A stretch of DNA of 64,000 nucleotides from the human T2T-CHM13v2.0 reference genome, Homo sapiens. Both the position numbers and the translations under genes were made by a program. Below the pieces are notes generated by a model. The model worked only from the letters and a program-made list of their open reading frames with translations, was not told the DNA's origin and made no database searches. Where the stretch lies: the NCBI RefSeq assembly GCF_009914755.1, contig NC_060942.1; one strand, given 5' to 3'. Below, piece after piece: positions 27,401-41,804 of this stretch (positions within the stretch are counted from its first letter, which is position 1; each line of letters opens with the position of its first letter).

Positions 27401-29910
27401 ATTCCCTTTCACAGAGCAGGTTTGAAACACTCTTTTTGTAGTGTGTGTAAGTGGACATTTTGAGCGCTTTCCGGCCTAAGGTGAAAAAGGACATATCTTC
27501 CCATAAAAACTAGACGGAAGCATCCTCAGAAACTTACTCGTGATGTGTGTCCTCAACTAAAGGAGTAGAACCTTTCTATTCATAGAGAAGTTTTGAAACG
27601 CTCTTTTTGTGGAATCTCCAAGTGGATATTTGGCTAGTTTTGAGGATTTCGTTGGAAGCGGGAATTCATACAAATTGCAGACTGCAGCGTTCTGAGAAAC
27701 ATCTTTGTGATGTTTGTATTCAGGACACAGAGTTGAACATTCCCTATCATAGAGCAGGTTGGAATCACTCCTTTTGTAGTATCTGGAAGTGGACATTTGG
27801 AGCGCTTTCAGGCCTATGTTGATAAAGGAAATATCTTCCCATAACAACTAGACACAAGCATTCTCAGAAACTTGTTTGTGATGTGTGCCCTCTACTGACA
27901 GAGTTGAACCTTTCTTTTCATAGAGCAGTTTTGAAACACTCTTTTTGTAGAATCTGCAAGAGGATATTTGCATAGCTTTGAGGATTTCGTGGGAAACGGG
28001 ATTGTCTTCAGGTAAAATCTAGACAGAAGCATTCTCAGAAACTTCTTTGGGATGTTTGCATTCAAGTCACAGAGTAGAACATTCCCTTTGGTAGAGCAGG
28101 TTTGAAACACTCTTTTTGTAGTATCTGGAAGTGGACATTTGGAGCGCTTTCAGGCCCATGTTGGAAAGGGAAATATCTTCCCGTAACAACTAGGCAGAAG
28201 CATTCTCAGAAACTTATTTGAGATGTGTGGACTCAACTAAGAGAATTGAACCACCGTTTTGAAGGAGCAGTTTTGAAACACTCTTTTTCTGGAATCGGCA
28301 AGAGTATATTTGCCTAGCCTTGAGGATTTCGTTGGAAACGGGATTGTCTTCAGATAAAATCTAGACAGAAGCATTCTCAGAAACTTCTTTGGGATGTTTG
28401 CATTCAAGTCACAGAGTAGAACATTCCCTTTGGCAGAGCAGGTTTGAAACACTCTTTTTTTAGTATATGGAAGTGGACATTTGGAGCGCTTTCAGGCCTA
28501 CGTTGGAAAAGGAAATATCTTCCCATAACAACTAGACAGAAGCATTCTCAGAAACTAGTTTCTGATGTGTGTCCTCAACTAACACAGTTGAACTTTTCTT
28601 TAGACAGAACAGTTTTGAAACACTCTTTTTGTGGAATCTGCAAGTGGATATTGGGCTAGATTTGAGGATTTCGTTGGAAACGGGATTACATATAAAAAGC
28701 AGACAGCAGCATTCTCAGAAAGTTCTTTGTGATGATTGCATTCAAGTCACAGAATTGAACATTCCCTTTCACAGAGCGGGTTTGAAACACTCTTTTTGTA
28801 GTGTGTGTAAGTGGACATTTGGAGCGCTTTCCGGCCTAAGGTGAAAAAGGACATATCTTCCCATAAAAACTAGACAGAAGCATTCTCAGAAACTTACTCG
28901 TGATCTGTGTCCTCAACTAAAGGAGTAGAACCTTTCTATTCATAGAGAAGTTTTGAAACGCTCTTTTTGTGGAATCTCCAAGTGGATATTTGGCTAGTTT
29001 TGAGGATTTCGTTGGAAGCGGGAATTCATACAAATTGCAGACTGCAGCGTTCTGAGAAACATCTTTGTGATGTTTGTATTCAAGACACAGAGATGAACAT
29101 TCCCTATCATAGAGCATGTTGGAATCACTCCTTTTGTAGTATCTGGAAGTGGACATTTGGAGCGCTTTCAGGCCTATGTTGAAAAAGGAAATATCTTCCC
29201 ATAACAACTAGACACAAGCATTCTCAGAAACTTGTTTGTGATGTGTGCCCTCTACTGACAGAGTTGAACCTTTCTTTTCATAGAGCAGTTTTGAAACACT
29301 CTTTTTGTAGAATCCGCAAGAGGATATTTGCATAGCTTTGAGGATTTCGTGGGAAACGGGATTGTCTTCAGGTAAAATCTAGACAGAAGCATTCTCAGAA
29401 ACTTCTTTGGGATGTTTGCATTCAAGTCACAGAGTAGAACATTCCCTTTGGTAGAGCAGGTTTGAAACACTCTTTTTGTAGTATCTGGAAGTGGACATTT
29501 GGAGAGCTTTCAGGCCCATGTTGGAAAGGGAAATATCTTCCCGTAACAACTAGGCAGAAGCATTCTCAGAAACTTATTTCAGATGTGTGTACTCAACGAA
29601 GAGAATTGAACCACCGTTTTGAAGGAGCAGTTTTGAAACCCTCTTTTTCTGGAATCTGCAAGAGTATATTTGCCTAGCCTTGAGGATTTCGTTGGAAACG
29701 GGATTGTCTTCAGATAAAATCTAGACAGAAGCATTCTCAGAAACTTCTTTGGGATGTTTGCATTCAAGTCACAGAGTAGAACATTCCCTTTGGTAGAGCA
29801 GGTTTGAAACACTCTTTTTTTAGTATATGGAAGTGGACATTTGGAGCGCTTTCAGGCCTACGTTGGAAAAGGAAATATCTTCCCATAACAACTAGACAGA
29901 AGCATTCTCA

Positions 29911-30928
29911 GAAACTAGTTTCTGATGTGTGTCCTCAACTAACACAGTTGTACATTTCTTTATACAGAACAGTTTTGAAACACTCTTTTTTTGGAATCTG
30001 CAAGTGGATATTGGGCTAGATTTGAGGATTTCGTTGGAAACGGGATTACATTTAAAAAGCAGACAGCAGCATTCTCAGAAAGTTCTTTGGGATGATTGCA
30101 TTCAAGTCACAGAATTGAACATTCCCTTTCACAGAGCAGGTTTGAAACACTCTTTTTGTAGTGTGTGTAAGTGGACATTTGGAGCGCTTTCCGGCCTAAG
30201 GTGAAAAAGGAAATATCTTCCCATAAAAACTAGACAGAAGCATTCTCAGAAACTTACTCGTGATGTGTGTCCTCAACTAAAGGAGTAGAACCTTTCTATT
30301 CATAGAGAAGTTTTGAAACGCTCTTTTTGTGGAATCTCCAAGTGGATATTTGGCTAGTTTTGAGGATTTCGTTGGAAGAGGGAATTCATACAAATTGCAG
30401 ACTGCAGGGTTCTGAGAAACATCTTTGTGATGTTTGTATTCAGGACACAGAGATGAACATTCCCTATCATAGAGCATGTTGGAATCACTCCTTTTGTAGT
30501 ATCTGGAAGTGGACATTTTGAGCGCTTTCAGGCCTATGTTGAAAAAGGAAATATCTTCTCATAACAACTAGACACAAGCATTCTCAGAAACTTGTTTGTG
30601 ATGTGTGCCCTCTACTGACAGAGTTGAACCTTTCTTTTCATAGAGCAGTTTTGAAACACTCTTTTTGTAGAATCCGCAAGAGGATATTTGCATAGCTTTG
30701 AGGATTTCGTGGGAAACGGGATTGTCTTCAGGTAAAATCTAGACAGAAGCATTCTCAGAAACTTCTTTGGGATGTTTGCATTCAAGTCACAGAGAAGAAC
30801 ATTCCCTTTGGTAGAGCAGGTTTGAAACACTCTTTTTGTAGTATCTGGAAGTGGACATTTGGAGCGCTTTCAGGCCTACGTTGGAAAAGGAAATATCTTC
30901 CCATAACAACTAGACAGAAGCATTCTCA
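29911..30928 (+). repeat. 6-mer structural variant HOR (1018 bp) with a monomer 6/8 hybrid
   Basis: Marker spacing 29929 to 30947 = 1018 = 1360-342. Monomer-6 TGTAGTATCTGG runs into monomer-8 CCTACGTTGGAAAAGG; junction within 30846-30878. Confidence 0.95.
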
Positions 30929-33900
30929 GAAACTAGTTTCTGATGTGTGTCCTCAACTAACACAGTTGAACTTTTCTTTAGACAGAACAGTTTTGAAACA
31001 CTCTTTTTGTGGAATCTGCAAGTGCATATTGGGCTAGATTTGAGGATTTCGTTGGAAACGGGATTACATATAAAAAGCAGACAGCAGCATTCTCAGAAAG
31101 TTCTTTGTGATGATTGCATTCAAGTCACAGAATTGAACATTCCCTTTCACAGAGCAGGTTTGAAACACTCTTTTTGTAGTGTGTGTAAGTGGACATTTGG
31201 AGCGCTTTCCGGCCTAAGGTGAAAAAAGAAATATCTTCCCATAAAAACTAGACAGAAGCATCCTCAGAAACTTACTCGTGATGTGTTTCCTCAACTAAAG
31301 GAGTAGAACCTTTCTATTCATAGAGAAGTTTTGAAACGCTCTTTTTGTGGAATCTCCAAGTGGATATTTGGCTAGTTTTGAGGATTTCGTTGGAAGCGGG
31401 AATTCGTACAAATTGCAGACTGCAGCGTTCTGAGAAACATCTTTGTGATGTTTGTATTCAGGACACAGAGATGAACATTCCCTATCATAGAGCAGGTTGG
31501 AATCACTCCTTTTGTAGTATCTGGAAGTGGACATTTGGAGCGCTTTCAGGCCTATGTTGAAAAAGGAAATATCTTCCCATAACAACTAGACACAAGCATT
31601 CTCAGAAACTTGTTTGTGATGTGTGCCCTCTACTGACAGAGTTGAACCTTTCTTTTCATAGAGCAGTTTTGAAACACTCTTTTTGTAGAATCTGCAAGAG
31701 GATATTTGCATAGCTTTGAGGATTTCGTGGGAAACGGGATTGTCTTCAGGTAAAATCTAGACAGAAGCATTCTCAGAAACTTCTTTGGGATGTTTGCATT
31801 CAAGTCACAGAGTAGAACATTCCCTTTGGTAGAGCAGGTTTGAAACACTCTTTTTGTAGTATCTGGAAGTGGACATTTGGAGCGCTTTCAGGCCCATGTT
31901 GGAAAGGGAAATATCTTCCCGTAACAACTAGGCAGAAGCATTCTCAGAAACTTATTTGAGATGTGTGTACTCAACGAAGAGAATTGAACCACCGTTTTGA
32001 AGGAGCAGTTTTGAAACCCTCTTTTTCTGGAATCTGCAAGAGTATATTTGCCTAGCCTTGAGGATTTCGTTGGAAACGGGATTGTCTTCAGATCAAATCT
32101 AGACAGAAGCATTCTCAGAAACTTCTTTGGGATGTTTGCATTCAAGTCACAGAGTAGAACATTCCCTTTGGTAGAGCAGGTTTGAAACACTCTTTTTTTA
32201 GTATATGGAAGTGGACATTTGGAGCGCTTTCAGGCCTACGTTGGAAAAGGAAATATCTTCCCATAACAACTAGACAGAAGCATTCTCAGAAACTAGTTTC
32301 TGATGTGTGTCCTCAACTAACACAGTTGAACTTTTCTTTAGACAGAACAGTTTTGAAACACTCTTTTTGTGGAATCTGCAAGTGGATATTGGGTTAGATT
32401 TGAGGATTTCGTTGGAAAGGGGATTACATATAAAAAGCAGACAGCAGCATTCTCATAAAGTTCTTTGTGATGATTGCATTCAAGTCACAGAATTGAACAT
32501 TCCCTTTCACAGAGCAGGTTTGAAACACTCTTTTTGTAGTGTGTGTAAGTGGACATTTGGAGCGCTTTCCGGCCTAAGGTGAAAAAGGACATATCTTCCC
32601 ATAAAAACTAGACAGAAGCATTCTCAGAAACTTACTCGTGATGTGTGTCCTCAACTAAAGGAGTAGAACCTTTCTATTCATAGAGAAGTTTTGAAACGCT
32701 CTTTTTGTGGAATCTCCAAGTGGATATTTGCCTAGTTTTGAGGATTTCGTTGGAAGCGGGAATTCATACAAATTGCAGACTGCAGCGTTCTGAGAAACAT
32801 CTTTGTGATGTTTGTATTCAAGACACAGAGATGAACATTCCCTATCATAGAGCATGTTGGAATCACTCCTTTTGTAGTATCTGGAAGTGGACATTTGGAG
32901 CGCTTTCAGGCCTATGTTGAAAAAGGAAATATCTTCCCATAAAAACTAGACACAAGCATTCTCAGAAACTTGTTTGTGATGTGTGCCCTCTACTGACAGA
33001 GTTGAACCTTTCTTTTCATAGAGCAGTTTTGAAACACTCTTTTTGTAGAATCCGCAAGAGGATATTTGCATAGCTTTGAGGATTTCGTGGGAAACGGGAT
33101 TGTCTTCAGGTAAAATCTAGACAGAAGCATTCTCAGAAACTTCTTTGGGATGTTTGCATTCAAATCACAGAGTAGAACATTCCCTTTGGTAGAGCAGGTT
33201 TGAAACACTCTTTTTGTAGTATCTGGAAGTGGACATTTGGAGCGCTTTCAGGCCCATGTTGGAAAGGGAAATATCTTCCCGTAACAACTAGGCAGAAGCA
33301 TTCTCAGAAACTTATTTGAGATGTGTGTACTCAACTAAGAGAATTGAACCACCGTTCTGAAGGAGCAGTTTTGAAACACTCTTTTTCTGGAATCTGCAAG
33401 AGTATATTTGCCTAGCCTTGAGGATTTCGTTGGAAACGGGATTGTCTTCAGATAAAATCTAGACAGAAGCATTCTCAGAAACTTCTTTGGGATGTTTGCA
33501 TTCAAGTCACAGAGTAGAACATTCCCTTTGGTAGAGCAGGTTTGAAACACTCTTTTTTTAGTATATGGAAGTGGACATTTGGAGCGCTTTCAGGCCTACG
33601 TTGGAAAAGGAAATATCTTCCCATAACAACTAGACAGAAGCATTCTCAGAAACTAGTTTCTGATGTGTGTCCTCAACTGACACAGTTGTACATTTCTTTA
33701 GACAGAACAGTTTTGAAACACTCTTTTTGTGGAATCTGCAAGTGGATATTGGGCTAGATTTGAGGATTTCGTTGGAAACGGGATTACATATAAAAAGCAG
33801 ACAGCAGCATTCTCAGAAAGTTCTTTGTGATGATTGCATTCAAGTCACAGAATTGAACATTCCCTTTCACAGAGCAGGTTTGAAACACTCTTTTTGTAGT

Positions 33901-36900
33901 GTGTGTAAGTGGACATTTGGAGCGCTTTCCGGCCTAAGGTGAAAAAGGACATATCTTCCCATAAAAACTAGACGGAAGCATCCTCAGAAACTTACTCGTG
34001 ATGTGTGTCCTCAACTAAAGGAGTAGAACCTTTCTATTCATAGAGAAGTTTTGAAACGCTCTTTTTGTGGAATCTCCAAGTGGATATTTGGCTAGTTTTG
34101 AGGATTTCGTTGGAAGCGGGAATTCATACAAATTGCAGACTGCAGCGTTCTGAGAAACATCTTTGTGATGTTTGTATTCAGGACACAGAGATGAACATTC
34201 CCTATCATAGAGCAGGTTGGAATCACTCCTTTTGTAGTATCTGGAAGTGGACATTTGGAGCGCTTTCAGGCCTATGTTGATAAAGGAAATATCTTCCCAT
34301 AACAACTAGACACAAGCATTCTCAGAAACTTGTTTGTGATGTGTGCCCTCTACTGACAGAGTTGAACCTTTCTTTTCATAGAGCAGTTTTGAAACACTCT
34401 TTTTGTAGAATCCGCAAGAGGATATTTGCATAGCTTTGAGGATTTCGTGGGAAACGGGATTGTCTTCAGGTAAAATCTAGACAGAAGCATTCTCAGAAAC
34501 TTCTTTGGGATGTTTGCATTCAAGTCACAGAGTAGAACATTCCCTTTGGTAGAGCAGGTTTGAAACACTCTTTTTGTAGTATCTGGAAGTGGACATTTGG
34601 AGCGCTTTCAGGCCCATGTTGGAAAGGGAAATATCTTCCCGTAACAACTAGGAAGAAGCATTCTCAGAAACTTATTTGAGATGTGTGTACTCAACTAAGA
34701 GAATTGAACCACCGTTTTGAAGGAGCAGTTTTGAAACACTCTTTTTCTGGAATCTGCAAGAGTATATTTGCCTAGCCTTGAGGATTTCGTTTGAAACGGG
34801 ATTGTCTTCAGATAAAATCTAGACAGAAGCATTCTCAGAAACTTCTTCGGGATGTTTGCATTCAAGTCACAGAGTAGAACATTCCCTTTGGTAGAGCAGG
34901 TTTGAAACACTCTTTTTTTAGTATATGGAAGTGGACATTTGGAGCGCTTTCAGGCCTACGTTGGAAAAGGAAATATCTTCCCATAACAACTAGACAGAAG
35001 CATTCTCAGAAACTAGTTTCTGATGAGTGTCCTCAACTAACACAGTTGAACTTTTCTTTAGACAGAACACTTTTGAAACACTCTTTTTGTGGAATCTGCA
35101 AGTGGATATTTGGCTAGATTTGAGGATTTCGTTGGAAACGGGATTACATATAAAAAGCAGTCAGCAGCATTCTCAGAAAGTTCTTTGTGATGATTGCATT
35201 CAAGTCACAGAATTGAACATTCCCTTTCCAGAGCAGGTTTGAAACACTCTTTTTGTAGTGTGTGTAAGTGGACATTTGGAGCGCTTTCCGGCCTAAGGTG
35301 AAAAAGGACATATCTTCCCATAAAAACTAGACAGAAGCATTCTCAGAAACTTACTCGTGATGTGTGTCCTCAACTAAAGGAGTAGCACCTTTCTATTCAT
35401 AGAGAAGTTTTGAAACGCTCTTTTTGTGGAATCTCCAAGTGGATATTTGGCTAGTGTTGAGGATTTCGTTGGAAGCGGGAATTCGTACAAATTGCAGACT
35501 GCAGCGTTCTGAGAAACATCTTTGTGATGTTTGTATTCAGGACACAGAGATGAACATTCCCTATCATAGAGCAGGTTGTAATCACTCCTTTTCTAGTATC
35601 TGGAAGTGGACATTTGGAGCGCTTTCAGGCCTATGTTGAAAAAGGAAATATCTTCCCATAACAACTAGACACAAACATTCTCAGAAACTTGTTTGTGATG
35701 TGTGCCCTCTACTGACAGAGTTGAACCTTTCTTTTCATAGAGCAGTTTTGAAACACTCTTTTTGTAGAATCTGCAAGAGGATATTTGCATAGCTTTGAGG
35801 ATTTCGTGGGAAACGGGATTGTCTTCAGGTAAAATCTAGACAGAAGCATTCTCAGAAACTTCTTTGGGATGTTTGCATTCAAGTCACAGAGTAGAACATT
35901 CCCTTTGGTAGAGTAGGTTTGAAACACTCTTTTTGTAGTATCTGGAAGTGGACATTTGGAGCGCTTTCAGGCCCATGTTGGAAAGGGAAATATCTTCCCG
36001 TAACAACTAGGCAGAAGCATTCTCAGAAACTTATTTGAGATGTGTGGACTCAACTAAGAGAATTGAACCACCGTTTTGAAGGAGCAGTTTTGAAACCCTC
36101 TTTTTCTGGAATCTGCAAGAGTATATTTGCCTAGCCTTGAGGATTTCGTTGGAAACGGGATTGTCTTCAGATAAAATCTAGACAGAAGCATTCTCAGAAA
36201 CTTCTTTGGGATGTTTGCATTCAAGTCACAGAGTAGAACATTCCCTTTGGTAGAGCAGGTTTGAAACACTCTTTTTTTAGTATATGGAAGTGGACATTTG
36301 GAGCGCTTTCAGGCCTACGTTGGAAAGGAAATATCTTCCCATAACAACTAGACAGAAGCATTCTCAGAAACTAGTTTCTGATGTGTGTCCTCAACTAACA
36401 CAGTTGTACATTTCTTTAGACAGAACAGTTTTGAAACACTCTTTTTGTGGAATCTGCAAGTGGATATTGGGCTAGATTTGAGGATTTCGTTGGAAACGGG
36501 ATTACATATAAAAAGCAGACAGCAGCATTCTCAGAATGTTCTTTGTGATGATTGCATTCAAGTCACAGAATTGAACATTCCCTTTCACAGAGCAGGTTTG
36601 AAACACTCTTTTTGTAGTGTGTGTAAGTGGACATTTGGAGCGCTTTCCGGCCTAAGGTGAAAAAGGAAATATCTTCCCATAAAAACTAGACAGAAGCATT
36701 CTCAGAAACTTACTCGTGATGTGTGTCCTCAACTAAAAGAGTAGAACCTTTCTATTCATAGAGAAGTTTTGAAACGCTCTTTTTGTGGAATCTCCAAGTG
36801 GATATTTGGCTAGTTTTGAGGATTTCGTTGGAAGCGGGAATTCATACAAATTGCAGACTGCAGCGTTCTGAGAAACATCTTTGTGATGTTTGTATTCAGG

Positions 36901-39900
36901 ACACAGAGATGAACATTCCCTATCATAGAGCAGGTTGGAATCACTCCTTTTGTAGTATCTGGAAGTGGACATTTGGAGCGCTTTCAGGCCTATGTTGAAA
37001 AAGGAAATATCTTCCAATAACAACTAGACACAAGCATTCTCAGAAAGTTGTTTGTGATGTGTGCCCTCTACTGACAGAGTTGAACCTTTCTTTTCATAGA
37101 GCAGTTTTGAAACACTCTTTTTGTAGAATCCGCAAGAGGATATTTGCATAGCTTTGAGGATTTCGTGGGAAACGGGATTGTCTTCAGGTAAAATCTAGAC
37201 AGAAGCATTCTCAGAAACTTCTTTGGGATGTTTGCATTCAAGTCACAGAGTAGAACATTCCCTTTGGTAGAGCAGGTTTGAAACACTCTTTTTGTAGTAT
37301 CTGGAAGTGGACATTTGGAGCGCTTTCAGGCCCATGTTGGAAAGGGAAATATCTTCCCGTAACAACTAGGCAGAAGCATTCTCAGAAACTTATTTGAGAT
37401 GTGTGTACTCAACTAAGAGAATTGAACCACCGTTTTGAAGGAGCAGTTTTGAAACACTCTTTTTCTGGAATCTGCAAGAGTATATTTGCCTAGCCTTGAG
37501 GATTTCGTTGGAAACGGGATTGTCTTCAGATAAAATCTAGACAGAAGCATTCTCAGAAACTTCTTTGGGATGTTTGCATTCAAGTAACAGAGTAGAACAT
37601 TCCCTTTGGTAGAGCAGGTTTGAAACACTCTTTTTTTAGTATATGGAAGTGGACATTTGGAGCGCTTTCAGGCCTACGTTGGAAAAGGAAATATCTTCCC
37701 ATAACAACTAGACAGAAGCATTCTCAGAAACTAGTTTTTGATGTGTGTCCTCAAATAACACAGTTGTACATTTCTTTAGACAGAATAGTTTTGAAACACT
37801 CTTTTTGTGGAATCTGCAAGTGGATATTGGGCTAGATTTGAGGATTTCGTTGGAAACGGGATTACATATAAAAAGCAGTCAGCAGCATTCTCAGAAAGTT
37901 CTTTGTGATGATTGCATTCAAGTCACAGAATTGAACATTCCCTTTCCAGAGCAGGTTTGAAACACTCTTTTTGTAGTGTGTGTAAGTGGACATTTGGAGC
38001 GCTTTCCGGCCTAAGGTGAAAAAGGACATATCTTCCCATAAAAACTAGACAGAAGCATTCTCAGAAACTTACTCGTGATGTGTGTCCTCAACTAAAGGAG
38101 TAGCACCTTTCTATTCATAGAGAAGTTTTGAAACGCTCTTTTTGTGGAATCTCCAAGTGGATATTTGGCTAGTGTTGAGGATTTCGTTGGAAGCGGGAAT
38201 TCATACAAATTGCAGACTGCAGCGTTCTGAGAAACATCTTTGTGATGTTTGTATTCAGGACACAGAGATGAACATTCCCTATCATAGAGCAGGTTGGAAT
38301 CACTCCTTTTGTAGTATCTGGAAGTGGACATTTGGAGCGCTTTCAGGCCTATGTTGAAAAAGGAAATATCTTCCCATAACAACTAGACACAAACATTCTC
38401 AGAAACTTGTTTGTGATGTGTGCCCTCTACTGACAGAGTTGAACCTTTCTTTTCATAGAGCAGTTTCGAAACACTCTTTTTGTAGAATCTGCAAGAGGAT
38501 ATCAGCATAGCTTTGAGGATTTCGTGGGAAACGGGATTGTCTTCAGGTAAAATCTAGACAGAAGCATTCTCAGAAACTTCTTTGGGATGTTTGCATTCAA
38601 ATCACAGAGTAGAACATTCCCTTTGGTAGAGTAGGTTTGAAACACTCTTTTTGTAGTATCTGGAAGTGGACATTTGGAGCGCTTTCAGGCCCATGTTGGA
38701 AAGGGAAATATCTTCCCGTAACAACTAGGCAGAAGCATTCTCAGAAACTTCTTTGAGATGTGTGGACTCAACTAAGAGAATTGAACCACCGTTTTGAAGG
38801 AGCAGTTTTGAAACCCTCTTTTTCTGGAATCTGCAAGAGTATATTTGCCTAGCCTTGAGGATTTCGTTGGAAACGGGATTGTCTTCAGATCAAATCTAGA
38901 CAGAAGCATTCTCAGAAACTTCTTTGGGATGTTTGCATTCAAGTCACAGAGTAGAACATTCCCTTTGGTAGAGCAGGTTTGAAACACTCTTTTTTAAGTA
39001 TATGGAAGTGGACATTTGGAGCGCTTTCAGGCCTACGTTGGAAAAGGAAATATCTTCCCATAACAACTAGACAGAAGCATTCTCAGAAACTAGTTTCTGA
39101 TGTGTGTCCTCAACTACCACAGTTGTACATTTCTTTACACAGAACAGTTTTGAAACACTGTTTTTGTGGAATCTGCAAGTGGATATTGGGCTAGATTTGA
39201 GGATTTCGTTGGAAACGGGATTACATATAAAAAGCAGACAGCAGCATTCTCAGAAAGTTCTTTGTGATGATTGCATTCAAGTCACAGAATTGAACATTCC
39301 CTTTCATAGAGCAGGTTTGAAACACTCTTTTTGTAGTGTGTGTAAGTGGACATTTGGAGCGCTTTCCGGCCTAAGGTGAAAAAGGACATATCTTCCCATA
39401 AAAACTAGACAGAAGCATTCTCAGAAACTTACTCGTGATGTGTGTCCTCAACTAAAGGAGTAGAACCTTTCTATTCATAGAGAAGTTTTGAAACGCTCTT
39501 TTTGTGGAATCTCCAAGTGGATATTTGGCTAGTTTTGAGGATTTCGTTGGAAGCGGGAATTCATACAAATTGCAGACTGCAGCGTTCTGAGAAACATCTT
39601 TGTGATGTTTGTATTCAGGACACAGAGATGAACATTCCCTATCATAGAGCAGGTTGGAATCACTCCTTTTGTAGTATCTGGAAGTGGACATTTGGAGCGC
39701 TTTCAGGCCTATGTTGAAAAAGGAAATATCTTCCCATAACAACTAGACACAACCATTCTCAGAAACTTGTTTGTGATGTGTGCCCTCTACTGACAGAGTT
39801 GAACCTTTCTTTTCATAGAGCAGTTTTGAAACACTCTTTTATAGAATCCGCAAGAGGATATTTGCATAGCTTTGAGGATTTCGTGGGAAACGGGATTGTC

Positions 39901-41804
39901 TTCAGGTAAAATCTAGACAGAAGCATTCTCAGAAACTTCTTTGGGATGTTTGCATTCAAGTCACAGAGTAGAACATTCCCTTTGGTAGAGCAGGTTTGAA
40001 ACACTCTTTTTGTAGTATCTGGAAGTGGACATTTGGAGCGCTTTCAGGCCCATGTTGGAAAGGGAAATATCTTCCCGTAACAACTAGGCAGAAGCATTCT
40101 CAGAAACTTATTTGAGATGTGTGTACTCAACTAAGAGAATTGAACCACCGTTTTGAAGGAGCAGTTTTGAAACCCTCTTTTTCTGGAATCTGCAAGAGTA
40201 TATTTGCCTAGCCTTGAGGATTTCGTTGGAAACGGGATTGTCTTCAGATAAAATCTAGACAGAAGCATTCTCAGAAACTTCTTTGGGATGTTTGCATTCA
40301 AGTCACAGAGTAGAACATTCCCTTTGGTAGAGCAGGTTTGAAACACTCTTTTTTTAGTATATGGAAGTGGACATTTGGAGCGCTTTCAGGCCTACGTTGG
40401 AAAAGGAAATATCTTCCCATAACAACTAGACAGAAGCATTCTCAGAAACTAGTTTCTGATGTGTGTCCTCAACTAACACAGTTGTACATTTCTTTAGACA
40501 GAACAGTTTTGAAACACTCTTTTTGTGGAATCTGCAAGTGGATATTGGGCTAGATTTGAGGATTTCGTTGGAAACGGGATTACATATAAAAAGCAGACAG
40601 CAGCATTCTCAGAATGTTCTTTGTGATGATTGCATTCAAGTCACAGAATTGAACATTCCCTTTCACAGAGCAGGTTTGAAACACTCTTTTTGTAGTGTGT
40701 GTAAGTGGACATTTGGAGCGCTTTCCGGCCTAAGGTGAAAAAGGAAATATCTTCCCATAAAAACTAGACAGAAGCATTCTCAGAAACTTACTCGTGATGT
40801 GTGTCTTCAACTAAAAGAGTAGAACCTTTCTATTCATAGAGAAGTTTTGAAACGCTCTTTTTGTGGAATCTGCAAGTGGATATTTGGCTAGTTTTGAGGA
40901 TTTCGTTGGAAGCGGGAATTCATACAAATTGCAGACTGCAGCGTTCTGAGAAACATCTTTGTGATGTTTGTATTCAGGACACAGAGATGAACATTCCCTA
41001 TCATAGAGCAGGTTGGAATCACTCCTTTTGTAGTATCTGGAAGTGGACATTTGGAGCGCTTTCAGGCCTATGTTGAAAAAGGAAATATCTTCCAATAACA
41101 ACTAGACACAAGCATTCTCAGAAAGTTGTTTGTGATGTGTGCCCTCTACTGACAGAGTTGAACGTTTCTTTTCATAGAGCAGTTTTGAAACACTCTTTTT
41201 GTAGAATCCGCAAGAGGATATTTGCATAGCTTTGAGGATTTCGTGGGAAACGGGATTGTCTTCAGGTAAAATCTAGACAGAAGCATTCTCAGAAACTTCT
41301 TTAGGATGTTTGCATTCAAGGCACAGAGTAGAACATTCCCTTTGGTAGAGCAGGTTTGAAACCCTCTTTTTGTAGTATCTGGAAGTGGACATTTGGAGAG
41401 CTTTCAGGCCCATGTTGGAAAGGGAAATATCTTCCCGTAACAACTAGGCAGAAGCATTCTCAGAAACTTATTTGAGATGTGTGTACTCAACGAAGAGAAT
41501 TGAACCACCGTTTTGAAGGAGCAGTTTTGAAACCCTCTTTTTCTGGAATCTGCAAGAGTATATTTGCCTAGCCTTGAGGATTTCGTTGGAAACGGGATTG
41601 TCTTCAGATAAAATCTAGACAGAAGCATTCTCAGAAACTTCTTTGGGATGTTTGCATTCAAGTCACAGAGTAGAACATTCCCTTTGGTAGAGCAGGTTTG
41701 AAACACTCTTTTTTTAGTATATGGAAGTGGACATTTGGAGCGCTTTCAGGCCTACGTTGGAAAAGGAAATATCTTCCCATAACAACTAGACAGAAGCATT
41801 CTCA

